Of a DNA stretch of 58,681 nucleotides, positions 56,584 through 58,681 are shown piece after piece. The notes below the pieces were generated by a model. It searched no databases. It had not been told where the DNA came from and saw only the letters and a program-made list of their open reading frames with translations. Every line of letters begins with the position of its first letter. Within the stretch, counting starts at the first letter, position 1. The DNA is from a virus. Taxonomy: Duplodnaviria > Caudoviricetes. Location of the stretch: the IMG/VR virus record IMGVR_UViG_3300025687_000049, positions 1-58,681 of that record; one strand, written 5' to 3'. The translations under genes and the position numbers were made by a program.

Positions 56584-58286
56584 TGGAATATTCTCGCAGT
56601 AGGGAAGCTACCATACGGTAAAACCCTAGAATCGTCTAACTTAGTAGACGGTTGAGTCCCTGATGCTGATATAGCACCACTAGCAGTAGCTGTCCAAGCA
56701 GGGCTAACATCAGAGGTTAGCCCCTCTGTAGCCTCAAAATCTCCAGAACTATAGTAAAAAGTAACCGTTCCAGAAGTGGTTCCAGTAACAGAAGATACTC
56801 TACCGCGAGAGCCCTGTATGGCCCCAATTACACTATCTCCTGGAGATAGTGTACCAGAGCCTGAAGTATAACTAATAGATGCTAGAGCGTTTGCTTTGAA
56901 GCGCTTTCCGCAGGAAGATAACCTTTTTCCGCATCTATCTCCGTGCTCCCACAAAGACCCAAAGTCGGGGGCATTAACCAGTCCATATGCCTGACTTCTT
57001 CCTATATTTTTCCATACTTTGGAAGAGTACAAGAAGTAAGTATTATATTTATCGTTAGTAAATACAGCAGTATATTCGTTAGAGCCCGTATAGGTATTGT
57101 ATACTCTTATACGTTGCCAATCAGCAGAACTATCAGAAGGAGTAGTATTTTGACCTGTAGCTGATTGCCAATAGTTAAATTCTGATGGGGATAGCGTGTG
57201 TGCCGAACCGGTCCCGCCTGCTACAAGATTTACTCGCCCCGTGCCACCCCCTGCTATAGCATTAGCTCTAGTGTTATAAAGATATATTGTGTTGGCAGAA
57301 GCATCATTCACATAATAATAGTTTCCATCTGTCAGATTTCCTATGCTGGCTCCGCCACCATTTTCATAAGTTACCATATCTCCAGTTTCAAACTTATGCC
57401 CAGTTAATGTAATGGTGTCAGGGCCAGTATTTACATCTCCAGCAGCGAATGTAACAGTAGAACTAAGGCTTCCGTCTGACTGAATCTTTTCTAGTCCTGA
57501 TTCTACGGTACTATAATAAGATTGATCTGAGGCTGTACCGGCCCAAAAAGTTACAGAAACTGAATCAGAGATTATATACTCGTCATCTTGGGTTACGTAG
57601 ATATTATAAGCATTTCCGGCTATTTCTATTTGAGAGTCTGTTCTCCAGGTACAACCACCAACCTTTTCCCACTCATTTAGATCTTCTCCTGCGGCAGTAT
57701 ATCTCCAAGGACATACGTTACCGATGATGTTACGTCTAGGAAGTAGTATTCCTGAGAAGTCAATTGGTAATACGGTAATGAAAGAGACGCTGGAAGAGTT
57801 CTCTTCCTGAATTCGATCTAAGTAATACACATCAATAGGCATCTCTATGGGAGGATTAGAATAGCTAGCTTCTCCATATAAGTACTTTTGAAGGGTTCTT
57901 CTTCTACGAACCTTATTTCCTAGTAAGTCCTGATATGATAAAGTGCCTATTAAACTTTGTAAGCTATTATTTCCAGTTGTAGTTCTAAGTACATTAGCTA
58001 TGGTAAGAACAGGTTGTGGAAATTGACCTTGAGACTTATACTCTATTCCCTCTAATCTACATGGCACAGGGTAGTATTCTCTAATAATCCCATTGTCTTC
58101 AAAATCCGGAAACTGGAGTACATTGGATATAGGTGGAGAGGAATTTGGGCTCTCATCCACATAGTCTCCTGTTCCTTTTATATAGTTAGTAAGATAAATA
58201 AAATCAGTGTCATTTATTTGAATCTCGAATAACTCTATATAAGGAGAATTGCCAGAATTAAGTTTTTGAAAATCTTCTACTATCAC
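56580..58286 (-). CDS. Minor tail protein L-like with large insertions
   Basis: LP.R.I....CPW.Y...C and D.CGKRLSSC..RF Fe-S Cys motifs, LPYG.FP end. Confidence 0.85.
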   Translation of the reverse strand: MIVEDFQKLNSGNSPYIELFEIQINDTDFIYLTNYIKGTGDYVDESPNSSPPISNVLQFPDFEDNGIIREYYPVPCRLEGIEYKSQGQFPQPVLTIANVLRTTTGNNSLQSLIGTLSYQDLLGNKVRRRRTLQKYLYGEASYSNPPIEMPIDVYYLDRIQEENSSSVSFITVLPIDFSGILLPRRNIIGNVCPWRYTAAGEDLNEWEKVGGCTWRTDSQIEIAGNAYNIYVTQDDEYIISDSVSVTFWAGTASDQSYYSTVESGLEKIQSDGSLSSTVTFAAGDVNTGPDTITLTGHKFETGDMVTYENGGGASIGNLTDGNYYYVNDASANTIYLYNTRANAIAGGGTGRVNLVAGGTGSAHTLSPSEFNYWQSATGQNTTPSDSSADWQRIRVYNTYTGSNEYTAVFTNDKYNTYFLYSSKVWKNIGRSQAYGLVNAPDFGSLWEHGDRCGKRLSSCGKRFKANALASISYTSGSGTLSPGDSVIGAIQGSRGRVSSVTGTTSGTVTFYYSSGDFEATEGLTSDVSPAWTATASGAISASGTQPSTKLDDSRVLPYGSFPTARIFQ

Positions 58287-58681
58287 GGCTCATACACTCT
58301 TCGTAGCGTGGCATTAACGGAAATTATTCCTTCTTGTGGATAGGCTGCTGACCAAGTATCACATACAACCCCTATCGCGTGATATATAGTTACATCTACA
58401 TTTGACTCTGAAGATATTCCTGAGTCATATAAGTATAACAAAGAAGCCCCATTAGATTCCGCTGAATCTATAGCATAACCACCGTCGTTACTAGCTGACC
58501 CTGTTACTGTAATCCAATCTTCTTCGTATAGCCCAGTAAATACAGTTCCTGAGTTTCTAGAAATTCTTTCTGGCCCTTGTTGAAATGTTACATTACAATC
58601 CGCTGAAGAAGAACCTGGAGGAGAAAACGCAAAACTAGTAACTCCAGCAGTACTATCAAAGAAGTCTGTTAAAAGATTTAT
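58283..58681 (-). CDS. Minor tail protein M-like (5' truncated by window edge)
   Basis: Reads INLLTDFFDSTAGVTSFAFSPP...VVCDTW...ATLRRVYEP*; stop overlaps the L start. Confidence 0.75.
   Translation of the reverse strand: MNLLTDFFDSTAGVTSFAFSPPGSSSADCNVTFQQGPERISRNSGTVFTGLYEEDWITVTGSASNDGGYAIDSAESNGASLLYLYDSGISSESNVDVTIYHAIGVVCDTWSAAYPQEGIISVNATLRRVYEP

Noticed and set aside
563-57407. Numerous antisense or out-of-frame ORFs in the track (e.g. 563-808, 28336-28917, 32312-32944, 48091-48639)
   Set aside because: Shadows of well-supported genes; no RBS or recognisable motifs
1-58681. tRNA, rRNA or self-splicing intron/intein
   Set aside because: No cloverleaf seen by eye; polA, nrdJ, terL and helicase appear uninterrupted and of normal length

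Overview
Phage DNA in two blocks. (1) About 1-43,150 is an apparently complete, circularly permuted ~42.4 kb short-tailed (podovirus-type) lytic phage of a Gram-negative host. Its minus-strand arm carries TerS/TerL, portal, scaffold, capsid, nozzle, fibres, ejection proteins and lysis genes. Its plus-strand arm carries small early genes, a sigma factor, primase, helicase, PolA, SSB, nucleases, a PagL-like barrel and a class II RNR; no RNA polymerase or integrase is seen. (2) About 43,400-58,681 is a visibly more AT-rich lambda-like siphovirus tail-tip block (M, L, K, I and a 2915-aa J). The blocks are joined through a ~775 bp, ~97% identical repeat (1-775 vs 42380-43153), most likely a chimeric join across a cassette shared by two phages. 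The most striking feature is non-coding. A ~500-nt early leader RNA ends in an elaborated type I hammerhead ribozyme (21756-21925). Ten intergenic elements upstream of downstream early genes repeat only its substrate strand: hairpin, GUH, UAG(G), AACC(A), GGAGA, then mostly GAUAUG. Each conserved block is complementary to a separate part of the ribozyme (stem III, stem I, loop II, 5' guide). This suggests that one phage ribozyme processes a polycistronic early mRNA at many sites. Also present are a 3-copy phage-specific promoter, a parS-consensus palindrome, and Ser-Pro loop insertions next to sulfotransferase-like and GNAT-like genes. All calls are from motif reading only; no searches were run.
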